A DNA stretch of 62,377 nt, counting the filler, from Pirum gemmata (lineage: Eukaryota), in assembly GCA_002812295.1 (NCBI GenBank). It is 19 parts of 19 records of this genome, joined end to end, with 100 filler letters (N's around TTAATTAATTAA, not from the genome) between each part and the next. Parts side by side here need not be neighbours in the genome. Positions count along the whole stretch, not along the records: positions 38,301 to 41,213 come from PDIN01004092.1; positions 41,314 to 46,402 come from PDIN01004093.1; positions 46,503 to 49,445 come from PDIN01004094.1; positions 49,546 to 52,458 come from PDIN01004095.1; 15 more parts are not named here. One strand, given 5' to 3'. The notes beneath the pieces were generated by a model. It was given only the letters and a program-made list of their open reading frames with translations, searched no databases and was not told the DNA's origin. A program made the translations under genes and the position numbers. The first letter of the stretch is position 1. Every line of letters starts with the position of its first letter. This document shows, in pieces, positions 38,410 through 50,784 of the stretch.

Positions 38410-38542
38410 GCTACTACTACTATATAAATATATACACATATATTAATTACTTAACATTTTTCTGTATAATAATATAATAACAATAATAATAATTATGATA
38501 ACATAATTATTTTAATATTAACTTAATATTATTAATTTTTAG

Positions 38543-39060
38543 GTCTAAAACAAGGAAACCAAAATGTAACGTTAATTCTAATAGATCAGGATCCCAATTG
38601 TATACCGAAACCTAAACACACCCTACTATCAACCGAAACGTGTAGTAAAAAATGTGAACCCGCCCCTTTACCAAATTGTATCTATGACATTAAGACAACA
38701 TGTAATTTAACTTGCCCGGATAAATGGATGGGCCCGTATTACGGTGAAGAAAGCACCTTGATTACTAAAAAAGGAAACCAACCTGATTGTGATGAAAGTA
38801 ATAAACCAACTCCAGTTCACAATCCATGCTCAAAAGACTGTTCTACTCAATGTGAGTTTGAAGAAAAAAAAGAATGTGATTTTGATTGTTCTAAGGCCCA
38901 AGAAATAGGGCAATTTGACGGGTTGGAAAAAATTTATTACGTCAAAACTACCCTAACTCCCTGTGTGGGAACCAAACCTGAAAATCAGACTACAAATAAC
39001 ATTTGTAAAAAGACTTGTCAGGATATCGATGATTCAGCCCCAGATTGGGGAAAAGCATAA
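38543..39060 (+). CDS. Terminal exon of a cysteine-rich repeat (probably extracellular) protein
   Basis: TTTAG acceptor at 38542 and an open frame to TAA. Recurring CxKxC...C.....C...C modules. Confidence 0.75.
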
Positions 39061-39084
39061 TAAAAGTAAAAATAAATTTTTTAT

Positions 39085-40525
39085 TGTACTTTTTAAATTT
39101 TAAATTGGTATTTTTTAAAACCGTTTGATAATTATGATAAAATACTAAATTACTTAAGATAAAAATACTAAATTACTTATTTTGGTATCTATTACTACTC
39201 TAATACTACCCTTTTAGAAATTTAATATTGTACTTTTTAAATTTTAAATTATGATATCATACCAAATTACTTAAATTGGCATCTATTTAAAAAAATTAAA
39301 TTATGATATCATACGAAATTACTTAAATTGGCATCTATTTAAAAACATAAGAATGTTTTATTTTTTTATTTTTTATTTTACACAACAAAAATACATTAGT
39401 TCAGCGCCATCCGGTTTTGCAAAATATAACACCATCTCACTTTTGAATTTTGAACACTTTGTATCTCAGACGCAGATACTTTCACTTTTGACGATTTTTT
39501 TAAATTTCAAATTGGTATTTTAAATACTGTTTGATAATTTTGATTTCCTACCAAATTATTTTAATTGGCACCAATTAAAAACATATAGCGTCCTTTTCTT
39601 TTTTGTTTACTTAATAATAATAGTCTTATTTCTTTTTGGACCCTCTCTTTTGAATGTCAAACTTCGTAACTGAGGAGCAGATTGAGGTATTTCCTAAATT
39701 TGAAAATTGGTATTTCCAAACACTACAAAGTAATTATGACTTCATACCTAAATACATACATTGCCATGTATTAAAAACATATAGCAACATTTTTTTTTTT
39801 GTTTTAAAAATATTGAAGAACTTTTTAAATTTGAAATGGGTGTTTTTAAATACAGCGTAATAATCATGTTTATATATCAAATTATTTCAAATTGGCATCT
39901 ATTACAAATATATTGCAATGTTTTGAATTTTGAACATATCTGAGGCGCAGATATTTTAATTGCTTCTGAAATTTGTAGTTGGGTGTTTGTATTTGGGGAG
40001 CAGATGCTTTACCTGTGCTTTTTAAATTTGAAATAGGTGCTTTTAAATACTACACAATAATCATGATCACATCAAATTACATAAATTGGCAAAAATTAAA
40101 AGCATATAGCGACATTTTCTATTTTATTTTCCTCTATACTTACTTTTTTACTATGGTGCTTTATAAATTTAAATCGTGTTTTTAAATACTAAACAAATAT
40201 CATGATTGTATATGTAATTACTTAAATTGGCATCAATTACAAGCATATAGCGACATTTTCGGTTTTATTTCCTCAATAAAAAATACTCTCATTTACTAAG
40301 GTGCTTTTTAAATTTAAAATGGGAGTTTTTAAACACCACTTAACAATCAAGACTTCATATCAAAATAATATTGGCACCAGTTACAAAAAAATTGCGACAT
40401 TTTGAATCGTTAGTTTTTATTTTCTTAAATAATAACACTATTTCTTTTTGCCACCTCTTCCTCTACCTCGTCCTTTTGAATTTTGAACACTTTGTATTTG
40501 AGGCGCAGATACTTTAACTTTTCCT
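39085..40525 (+). repeat. Degenerate ~140-200-bp tandem satellite
   Basis: TTTAAATTTxAAATTGGT...ATGAT...CAAATTACTTAAATTGGCATC occurs about 8 times. Confidence 0.8.
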
Positions 40526-40540
40526 GGAATTTGTTGAACC

Positions 40541-41213
40541 AATTCATTATCAGTAACTGCCTTCATCAAGTCCTATATATATATATATTAATTTCGTAGG
40601 TCATAAATCATAAAAATTAATTAATTCTATAAATAATACATTTAAATTAATTGGACCAGTTTTATTCAATAAACAATAAACAATTAACCTACTTAACCCT
40701 AGTCCTGACTCTAACCCTAGTCCTAACCCCAACCCTAGTCCTAACCCTAACCCTAGTCCTAACCCTAACCCTAACCCTAACCCTAGCCCTAACCCTAACC
40801 CTAACCCTAACCCTAACCCTAACCCTAAATTCATTAACAGCGACTACCTTTACCAAGTCCTACATATATTATTTTGGTAGGTTATAAATCATAAAAATCA
40901 ATAAATTACACAGCATTTGATAAATAAATAATACAATTAAATTAATTGGACCACTTTTGTGCAATAAACAATAAACAATTAACCCTGACCCTAACCCTAA
41001 CCCTAACCCCAACCCTAACCCTAACCCTAACCCTAAATTCATTATCAGTAACTACCTTCATCACGTCCTACATATATTATTTTGGTAGGTTATAAATCAT
41101 AAAAATTAATTAATAAGACAAGATTTGATAAATAATACATTCAAATTAATTGGACCACTTTTTTCCAATAAACAAACAATTGACCCTAACCCTAACCCTA
41201 ACCCTAACCCTAA
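40541..41213 (+). repeat. Three tandem units, each ~150-bp unique part + (CCCTAA)n tract
   Basis: Units start with AATTCATTA.CAG near 40541, 40828 and 41035. Confidence 0.88.
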
Positions 41214-41313
41214 NNNNNNNNNNNNNNNNNNNNNNNNNNNNNNNNNNNNNNNNNNNNTTAATTAATTAANNNNNNNNNNNNNNNNNNNNNNNNNNNNNNN
41301 NNNNNNNNNNNNN

Positions 41314-41527
41314 CTGTCACGTTTGAGAAGGACTACCTACCCCTTATGACGTAACGATTTGGAAAAAATAGTACCCTAAATTACCCCTCATGTTATATAT
41401 AGGGTATTTTTTTTTTGCGTTATGTCATATTACGAAAACCTACCCCCCTACTGCGTCATGGCCTGTCACAAAAATCCGGCCCCCCCTACCTACCCCCCAG
41501 CGTTACGTAATTATTGAACGCTCCCTA
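41314..41527. mobile_element. End of a Harbinger-like MITE (related piece ~20840-20962)
   Basis: Terminus GCGTTACGTAATTATTGAACGCTCCCTAA with CCTACCTACCCC subrepeats. A similar end, ACGTGACGTATTACTTGAACACTCCCC, lies near 20935. Confidence 0.5.
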
Positions 41528-42176
41528 ACTAGCATGCGTAGCTCTTTTACTACTACTAGTAGCTACTAGCTAACTTAGACTAGCTAGTCTACTATTTCTC
41601 CAAGCTAGCTATCATAGCTAGCTAGCTAGAGCTATGGTAGCTATCCGATATCTACTAGCTAGCTAGACTAGCTAGCTAGACTAGCTAGACTAGACTACTA
41701 GCTAGCTAGCTAGTCAACCGGTTCTTTTTAACCGGTTCTTCATTTATTTTGTTATTTGGAGCATTATAATATTTAAATTGATATTTTTAAATCAATAAAT
41801 AGATAATTAAAAATACCAAATTAAATTAAATCGATTTATATTTTATTAATTTGGTACCATTTATTGAATATTTTATGATTTAGGGAAGTCTCTAGCTAGC
41901 TATATGAACTGGGTGGTGAACTGGGTTTTATGAATCTTTTTTAGTTAGACTTGTCTATGATAATAGGAAGGAGTACAAACCGTTGAAACCGAACACCTAG
42001 CTAGACTAGACCAGGTAGTGCTGGCCCTGGGGTACCGTTTTTGGTGGGTGCCTAGCTAGTCTAATTAAATTATTTGAATAATTATTTAAAAAAATAACAA
42101 ACTGCATATTTCACGTTTTTGATTTTATTATAATTTACATTTATTTATTATTAATATTTACATTTCATTTCTTACT

Positions 42177-43538
42177 TCACGCTGCTACCAAGTTAGCTCT
42201 TTGGGATAGTGGTGATAAGTGTGGTGCTACCCCAAATGAAGATCTCTTCCTTGATACTTCAGGATTACCAATACTTAACCGTTTCTTGGCAGCATTAATC
42301 GGTGATCTTTGGTCAAAGGCTGCCGTTGTACCTGAAGGTGAACCATTAAGTGAGATACGTTGGGCAAGAGGTGATGGAACATTGTAAGCAGTGTAATCCA
42401 TAGAAATGGACGCAATTGATCCTCTTTGACTTCGAATTGAGGGCTGAATTGAGGTCAAAAATTCTGAACCTCTACGCGTGTTTACATCGTGCGGCAAAAT
42501 TTCAGTCGAGCCTCCCGCCACAGTTCGGACTGTAGGTCGAACAGTCATATCACGCTGCATTACTAATGTTCTACTTTGTTCATTGATGTATGTAAACGGA
42601 GTTTTCTCGTTTGGATTAATTTTTTCATAATCTACATCATCTTTAGTTTCTTTGAAAAAGATGGACATATACTTTCTTTTGTTAGAATTTAACTTTAAAC
42701 CTAAACAATCCAATAACAACGCTAACATAAACCGACTAATAATTTTCATTTGTAATGTACATTCAGTATTATGTATTAAATCATTAATCTCCTTATCAGG
42801 ACAGCCTAAAATATGATGGTTGTTCAATTTTAAAATCGAAAACCCACGCGGGACACCTTGTTCATAGGCAAGTGAGCCGTATTCGACGTTTTTATTAATA
42901 CAACGGTTTTTAACTTCAAATCCCCAAGGCTCATTTGGTGATTCCCGGTATAATGTGATCACTGGTGATTGTAATAACGTAATAATGACAGACGATTTTG
43001 ATAATAATCGAGCCGCTTCTTTTGTACTCATATTCAAACAAGGGATATCGTTGATGGATATTATTTGGTTACCAAACTCTATGCCAGCTTGGTAGGCAAT
43101 TGAATCTTTAATAACAAGTACACAGTATAGCCCTTTTCCTTGAATACATTTAATAATCAATCCAAAATGATTATCGTTTTTATTAAACGCATTGTTCTCA
43201 TCTTTATTTAATTCTAAACAAATTTCTAATTGTGTAGCTTTAGTAGTCTGAGTCATTTTATGTGGTTTAACCCCCCCTATTCCCGACCTTGTACTTAACC
43301 TCTGCATAACTCGCGAAAGCCTTTTACTAGCAGTAGAGGCAACAGATGATCGTCGGTCCAATTTTTCTTTTCGGTCTTGATCTAAATTAATCTGTGAAGA
43401 TTTGCTAAATTTACGAAACGCATGACTTTTTCTTCTTCCAACGGATTCGTCGTCGTTTAAATGGGTTACCCTTGTAACCCCACTAATATGATAATTGTCA
43501 AGTAAGTCCACACTACCATTAGTGTCGAATTCTTTCAC
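42177..43538 (-). CDS. Tandem-PDZ protein (syntenin-like), start uncertain
   Basis: 453-aa ORF with two PDZ patterns: FGLII...DSIAYQAGIEFGNQIISIND and PWGFEV...GSLAYEQGV...ILKLNN. The frame opens on GTG after an in-frame TAA. Confidence 0.8.
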   Translation of the reverse strand: MKEFDTNGSVDLLDNYHISGVTRVTHLNDDESVGRRKSHAFRKFSKSSQINLDQDRKEKLDRRSSVASTASKRLSRVMQRLSTRSGIGGVKPHKMTQTTKATQLEICLELNKDENNAFNKNDNHFGLIIKCIQGKGLYCVLVIKDSIAYQAGIEFGNQIISINDIPCLNMSTKEAARLLSKSSVIITLLQSPVITLYRESPNEPWGFEVKNRCINKNVEYGSLAYEQGVPRGFSILKLNNHHILGCPDKEINDLIHNTECTLQMKIISRFMLALLLDCLGLKLNSNKRKYMSIFFKETKDDVDYEKINPNEKTPFTYINEQSRTLVMQRDMTVRPTVRTVAGGSTEILPHDVNTRRGSEFLTSIQPSIRSQRGSIASISMDYTAYNVPSPLAQRISLNGSPSGTTAAFDQRSPINAAKKRLSIGNPEVSRKRSSFGVAPHLSPLSQRANLVAA

Positions 43539-43689
43539 TTCTTCATTTTCAGTTAATTAATTTAAAATTTTTATCAAAAGACTGAGAGGATTTATTTCTT
43601 TGTATAGTTTTCTTGTTCGAATGCAAACTCAAATCCAAATTTTCAAGATTATCTTCACTAGCACTTATTTCTCCCGTTCTTATAGCATA

Positions 43690-46060
43690 TTCTATTACAT
43701 GTAGTGTTTTGTTGTGGACATTCTCGTGAGTGGTGGTCGTTGGACAGACATGTGTGGCATTTGAACTTGTTGAGTTGTTGGTATTGCAAGTTCTTTTGTT
43801 CTTGTGTTAGTTCTTGCTGCTGCGTTAGTAATGCCGTTGTTCTCCCCCTTTTGTTGTTGTTGCTGCCGTGGGGTTTGTGTTGAAATAGACTATAGATAGA
43901 CTATAGTAAGACTATGAAACGATGACATCACGAATGACGATATATAATCATACCTACACACACAACATCACACATGGAAGTATAAACGCAACTAAAAATG
44001 GTAATATGGATCGCAAATACAACCGACTGAGGACCAAATTCAAAATCTAATTTCCTTAAAAACCCCTGCATGGAATGGAACGAAATTAAGTAGGGACACG
44101 CAAGCTGGTTCAGGGAAGTGTCGGGGACAAGGTGGGCAGAGTCATAGTGCTGATAACGTAATAGATTATCTCATTTCTCATTTTTACGTGTGTTGGAAAA
44201 TGGATCACTGAGCGGGNTATTCTATTATAACCTCATGTTCCGTAAAGTTTACTTAGTATATGCGAATGCTTAATCAGTATTCTATTACTCAAACACTTAT
44301 CTTTATCGTTTGCAACACGTTATCAGCACCACCATACAAACGATAATATATCAGAACATCATTACAAAACACGAATCACGTATATAATAATGATGATTAA
44401 TGATATAATAATAAAGTTATAAATAAAGATAATCAGAATAAGAATGATGATAAAAACAATATTATTGATAACAAAAATGATTTTGATAATAATGATATTA
44501 ATGATGATAATAATGTTTATGATGATAATAATATTAATGATTAGTGATATATGGGTGGTATTGGGTCTGTGTAGTGAGTTATAGGGTTGTTGTGTGTGTT
44601 GTTGTTGTACGAATCTTGAACATTGAGGAGTTGTGATCACGTGATTCGGATAATATTAATAATAATGATGACAATGTACTTAATCAGCAACACAATCGAT
44701 ATAAGTAAACCACCGACAATACATGATCCCAATTACATAGAACAAAGCATCCCAGTTCGGACACCTATCCCACCATAAACTTGAATCCATAATACCTAAC
44801 ATAACAAAAATGAAGAAGAAACCATTCAAATCAGTATGCCACACACGACAACAACTCCATCGAGGACAAGTAGTATGTATATATTGATACATACACCTGG
44901 GATATAGTATCACAACCGCAAAAATACAAATACATAACATTCATCATCGACTCCCGCACCAGAAAAAAATATAAACTGTATCACACGAACAAAAAAGCCA
45001 TAACAAACAACATAATCAACTTCATAACCGATCACAACAAAGTCATAACCAACATACGCATCACCAACCCACAAGTACCAGTCGCACAATCAACTCAGCA
45101 ATGACTAATTATGGATTCAGGGGCATCACCACATTACACAGGGTCATCGTGACTTCGTTGTAGTTGCGTATTCTGTTTGTGTTGCGTTGTGAGCGTCGTC
45201 GTTGTTCGTTCGTTGAGTTGTGTTGATAGGTGTGGTTATCGTAATCGTTATCGTCATCGTCATTATAGTGTCATTGATTGTGTATGTAAATAGTGGTAGG
45301 TATGGATTGTTGTAATATGGATTGTTATAGTGATGTCGTGTATGTAGTGGTTGTGTTTGTGGTTGGTGTTGTTGTTATTGTTGTTGTTGCTGTTGNGGTG
45401 TTGATGCTGTGTTGATTGTTTGGTGTGTAGGTGTTATGCTGTGTGTGAATGATTGAGTTGGTGTGTAATGTGGTGATGCCCCTAAATCCATAATTAGTCA
45501 TTTTGGTTTCGCATGGTCCGAGTCGTCGTTGGTGCCATGCTGTGCGTCGATGTAGTAGTTTTGTGCTGTGATTGATAGTTGAGGTCGTACTTGCTTTGAT
45601 GGTGGTGGTGTTTGTGGTGTTTGTGGTGGAGGATTGTAATACATTGGGTGTGTGTATATGTATTGTTGATGTGGTGGCGGTAGGCATATATGTGGGTATT
45701 GTTGTTGAGTGATATATGCAGTGTGTGTTTGTTGTGTTGGGAATGTGTTTGTGTTTATGTTGTTGCTTTGGTGTGATGTTGTATTGGTTTGTGGTGTATC
45801 GTTTGGCTTACTGATTGCAGTCGTTGTTTGTAGCGCCTTGTTATAATACTGTGCACATGCTTTAGTCATATGGTTGCGTTTGCATTTCTTACATATAGTG
45901 TTATAGTGTGGACACTTTTTTCTTTTTTGAGTGGTGGTCGTTAGACAGGCATGTGTGGCATTTGAACTCTTTGAGTTTTTGATATTGTTTGTTTTTCTGC
46001 TCTTGTGTCAACTCTTGCAGTGCTTGGTTTGGTTGCTGTGTTAATAGGACGTTGTTGTTG
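43690..46060. mobile_element. Decayed, rearranged Ty1/copia-like LTR retrotransposon fragments
   Basis: Minus-strand zinc knuckles CHTCLSNDHHSREC (~43715-43760) and a frameshifted copy (~45850-45965). Protease-like motifs LIMDSGASPHYTG (+, ~45105) and LIMDLGASPHYT (-, ~45460-45497). Confidence 0.7.
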
Positions 46061-47408
46061 TTATTGTTAGAATCTACTTCTAAATTTTATTCAAAAGTTC
46101 AATTCTATTTCTGCCTTTTATACTTTTTCATAATTCTAAATTTTCTCTCTTTTTATTTTAATCTTAGCCATTTTTGATTGGTACAAATAATCCGGGGTGA
46201 TTTTACAACCATGGGGTATTCCATCCTGGGGTAAATTCTAAATTATCTGGTAAATCCCCAAAAGTTCCCCACAGCCAAATATTTCAAATATTACATCATT
46301 TGTTCTTCTCATATTATTTTTCTCACATCATTTTCCCTTCTCATATTATTGTCGTACGTCATTTTGTCCTTCTCATCATGCGCAATTTCAAAGAGGTTTT
46401 TTNNNNNNNNNNNNNNNNNNNNNNNNNNNNNNNNNNNNNNNNNNNNTTAATTAATTAANNNNNNNNNNNNNNNNNNNNNNNNNNNNNNNNNNNNNNNNNN
46501 NNTTTTTTTGAGAAAAATCAGTGAAAAATCCTAGGTGAAAAATCTACTAATAGAATAAAGATTGTGTGTTCCAACTTCCACGTGATTGAATATGTAAAAA
46601 GTAATGGTTTATTCTTTGTTGTTGGATATTTCTGATACCAATTTTGGGAATTTTGGACCAAATTGTGGTGGCTTACTCCAGGCTTAGTCAAGTTCATTAA
46701 TTCTAACAGTAGGTTTTTTAAAAAAGAGTACTGTTTTTTAAGTTCAAGTTCAGGAATCTGCAGTTTATTTTATTTTCCCATTTTTTTACAGAATTTTTTA
46801 TACTTGATTAAATGAATATATTCTGTACTGCTTTATTATTACTATTAAAATTTTATACTTGATTTTAAATGAATATAATATTCTGTACTTCATGCCATTT
46901 ATTATATTATTACAGGAGCTTTTAGTTTTTAACACCAATAATACCAAACTCCAGGGTTAGGGTTAGGGTTTTAACACTAGTAAACTATATACCGCAGTAA
47001 CGAGTTAAGTTATTATAGCAAGTTAGGGTTTTAACACTAGCTAGTAGACTATAATATACTGCAGCAACGAGTTAGATTAGCAAGTTAAAGTGGCACCTAT
47101 CAGTATAATAATTAATTAAAAACCAACCTATTAAACGGGGTTTAAAATATTGACGTAACAACTAATTGATATTTGTTGAAAGAGCCAAGTAAAAAAACCC
47201 ACCCCAAAAATTTTTTTTAAGTCTTATAAATAATAATAATTATTAATATCGATATTATTATTAGATTTTGTGGTGGGTTTTTACAAAGACCTAACCCTAC
47301 CCCTAACCCTTTTTCCCCTGCCCTTTTCCTGGGGTCTTTTTATTGTCATCCAAGCGTCATCATTTGCCCTTTTCAAGCTTTTCAATCGTTACGTATTTAA
47401 TTTATTGC

Positions 47409-47461
<53 letters not shown>

Positions 47462-47924
47462 GGTCTATAAATTTAGACTTTCAAGGAGTTTTCTTGAACT
47501 TCATAAAAAAAATTGATTTCTACAAGTAGTACTAGCTAGCTAGCTAGTCCTAGCTAGTCGAATCTAAGTCGATTCCTACCTAGCTACTATCATAGAGAAA
47601 AAAACTATCGTTATTATTATGATATCATAATAATGATTATTAAAAATTATTTTTTAAAATAAATAAATCACCCTGAGGCGCGAATTTACAATTTTTTTTT
47701 TCAAAATTCTCAATTCTGCTAGAATCGAGCAATTTTGACATTTTTGGTATCAATCAATCGAAACTATATAATAATATATAGACAAAACAATGAAGTATAG
47801 TATAGTACATTAGTTGAATCAATAGTACAAGTTCTTATATAGAGGTAATTTCAAAGGCAGTATTTAAAAAAAACTTTGGATTTTTTTTTTTTTTTTTTTT
47901 TTTTTTTGCACATTAAGTTAGCCA

Positions 47925-48287
47925 ATGAGGTGTATTTTTCTCGTGTATTTTTTTCATAGTGTGGTTTTTGTCTGTACGAAATTATTACAAGCAGGAACGG
48001 GCAGTTGTCCTAAATTATTAACAAAAGCAGATGCTGGATACTCAATTTCTGATAATTACGATGGGATAGTAAAATGTCCAGTATTAATTACTAGTAAAAA
48101 TTGCCCAACTAATAGCAATTCAACAAGTACATTATCTGATAATTATATATGGTGGTACTGTTACTTGTGCAGTAGGTGGAGGAGGAACATGTTTTTAAGT
48201 ACAGATGAAGGATATTCCATATCTAATGGAGTCGGGGGCAAACTACCCATACTCTTTTTGGGTTTCCCTTTTGATGACGTAAAATGA
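47925..48287 (+). pseudogene. Small secreted Cys/Gly-repeat protein, probably frameshifted
   Basis: Hydrophobic N-terminus and repeats DAGYSISD / DEGYSISN. An alternative frame near 48150-48195 gives GGTVTCAVGGGGTC, which fits the repeat better. Confidence 0.45.
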
Positions 48288-48902
48288 CATAAATTGCTCG
48301 TAATTTCGAAAAGCGCATTTTGAATTTGCGTGCGCATTGTAATTTGTAAATACAATAATAATGAAAAATAGAGATAGGGAAATTCTATGAAATTCTACTA
48401 CTAGTAGCAGGGAAATTCTACAGTAAAAAAAATATCGTATTTTGATTGGGCAAAATGAACAGACATGCAAATCTATAATGCAAAATTGCAAATATAAGTT
48501 CATGAAAGAATAGGTTTTATTTTTTTCATAGTTTTTATTGGTGTTTTGTGTTTTGTGTCTTTTCATTGTTTTCTTGTTCAGTTCTTGTTCTTGTGAGCAA
48601 AAACAATTTTTCACTATTTTTCACTGTGAATAACCAGCCTTTTTCACACTTTTTCGAACTTTTTCAACTTTGTAACTTTGTCAGCTGACTTTGTCTATAG
48701 CTCAAAAACTAAAATAAACGTACCAAAGTATATATTATAAAAGACATGTTTTAATTAATTTAGTATTTAATACTTAATTATTGTATTTTATATATTAATA
48801 CAAGTTCAATTATACACTTAAAAATAGTACCAAATTAAATATTGAGAAGACATTTTTGAACTGTAATGAAGTAGATGGTACTAGTACCTTGAGGGTCTAT
48901 TT

Positions 48903-49008
48903 GTTAGGGTTAGAGTTAGGGTTAGGGTTATAATTAGGGTTAGGGTTAGGGTTAGGGTTAGGGTTAGGGTTAGGGGTTAGGGTTAGGGTTAGGGTTAGGG
49001 TTAGGGTT
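48903..49008 (+). repeat. (TTAGGG)n interstitial array
   Basis: Directly visible. Confidence 0.9.
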
Positions 49009-49545
49009 ATTATTGTCTATCGTATGATGCACATCGCAAGGAGTTTCGCTAGCTAGGTCACAAGACTGTCACAAGACTGACATTTCTTGACATTTATTTA
49101 TAAAAATTTTATTTATAAATAAGATAATTATTTTTCCTTTTTTGTTAGATAAAAAATAATTAATTTGCACCACTACACTACCACTACATAGATGATAGAG
49201 TACCAATTTCTACCAACCAGGTTTGCAGCATTTTTTTTTTTGGCTCGAAGTTTTGTTCGATGATTAAAATTCAATAAAATAATGAGCTCGTTCAATTTTT
49301 AGCTCCATTATCACACTATTTTCACACATTTTTATAATAATTATTTTTCTTTTCTAGGTACCAAGTAACTATATTAAAAAATTATTTAATTTTGTTCTTT
49401 TTTAGATCAAATTTGATACTTAATAAAAATAATAATAATATCATANNNNNNNNNNNNNNNNNNNNNNNNNNNNNNNNNNNNNNNNNNNNTTAATTAATTA
49501 ANNNNNNNNNNNNNNNNNNNNNNNNNNNNNNNNNNNNNNNNNNNN

Positions 49546-49582
<37 letters not shown>

Positions 49583-50717
49583 TAATTATTAATACAATAA
49601 TTAATAATAATAAATGGGATACCATGCATAAGTTCTTGCGAATTGATATAGTGGTATTAATTTTATTTTTCATTTTTATTTTTTTGTTGTTGTTGTCGTA
49701 GATGTGGTCGAGTGAGTGCGAAAAGTGATACTAGTCAAAATGGAAATTGGACTTGGAGTTGGAATAATAGCTGTATTTGTGGTGGTTTATGGGCATCAAA
49801 TTGATTTTATTGTTGTCATTAGGTTTATGAATATTATTTATTTTGTTAGCGAAAATCAGAATCAAACTGCCGAATTAATATTACAAATGTCTATTAGTGA
49901 CTATTATAATTATGTTGGTATCTTTTATTATATACATATATATACTTGGGAGTTGCGATAATAGCTGTATTTGTGGTATTTTATGGTTATTAAAATAATT
50001 TGTTATTAGTATTTATGAATATTATTGAGAAAACTTGGTATTGTGCTTTTCAAAAAACATTATTTTGTCGTCAAAAAATCAGAATCAAACTACCGGATTA
50101 TTATTACAAATATATATCAGTGACTATTATAATTAAGTTGGTATCTTTCGTTGTTTATTTGTTTTTAGATCATACATATAAGCAAAGACCATTCGGAATA
50201 ATTGAAATCAAATAAGGACAATTTTTTGTGTAAAAAATCAAAATTTCCAATAGCCCCCCCCAAAAAAAAAAGAAAAAGAAAAAGTTCAAATTATGACGTC
50301 ATACAGTGCCAAGTCTACTAAGATTTTATTTCTAATAAATAACAAATTGATATAAAAAAAATTCAAAATTTTCCATGCAAACTAAAAATAAGCCAAATAC
50401 AGTGCCATGTAGTGGTTGGTTTATATCGATAGTAGATCAAAAAGGCAGTCTATTGTTGTTTTGAAAAGAGGCTTGGGATAAGTTTTCTTTCTTTTTTTTT
50501 TTGAAAGAAAAAACTAAAGAGAAAGCCAAACTATTTTGGACAATCCCCAGAACAGTGTTTACAGATTCAAAAAAACTATACAACCACTTTTAAATTTTAA
50601 CACTACTAAGGGTGGGAAAAGACAAAAGTGATCTTAACATGAACAAATAAAAAAACAAAACTAATATGAAAAACAATACAAAAACATATGACAGTTTTCA
50701 GGGGAAAGGTAAAAAAC

Positions 50718-50784
<67 letters not shown>

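Noticed and set aside
50291..50303. TGACGTCA (CRE-like) sites as targets of the bZIP
   Set aside because: Sites sit mostly in repeats on unlinked contigs; no evidence of a regulatory link.
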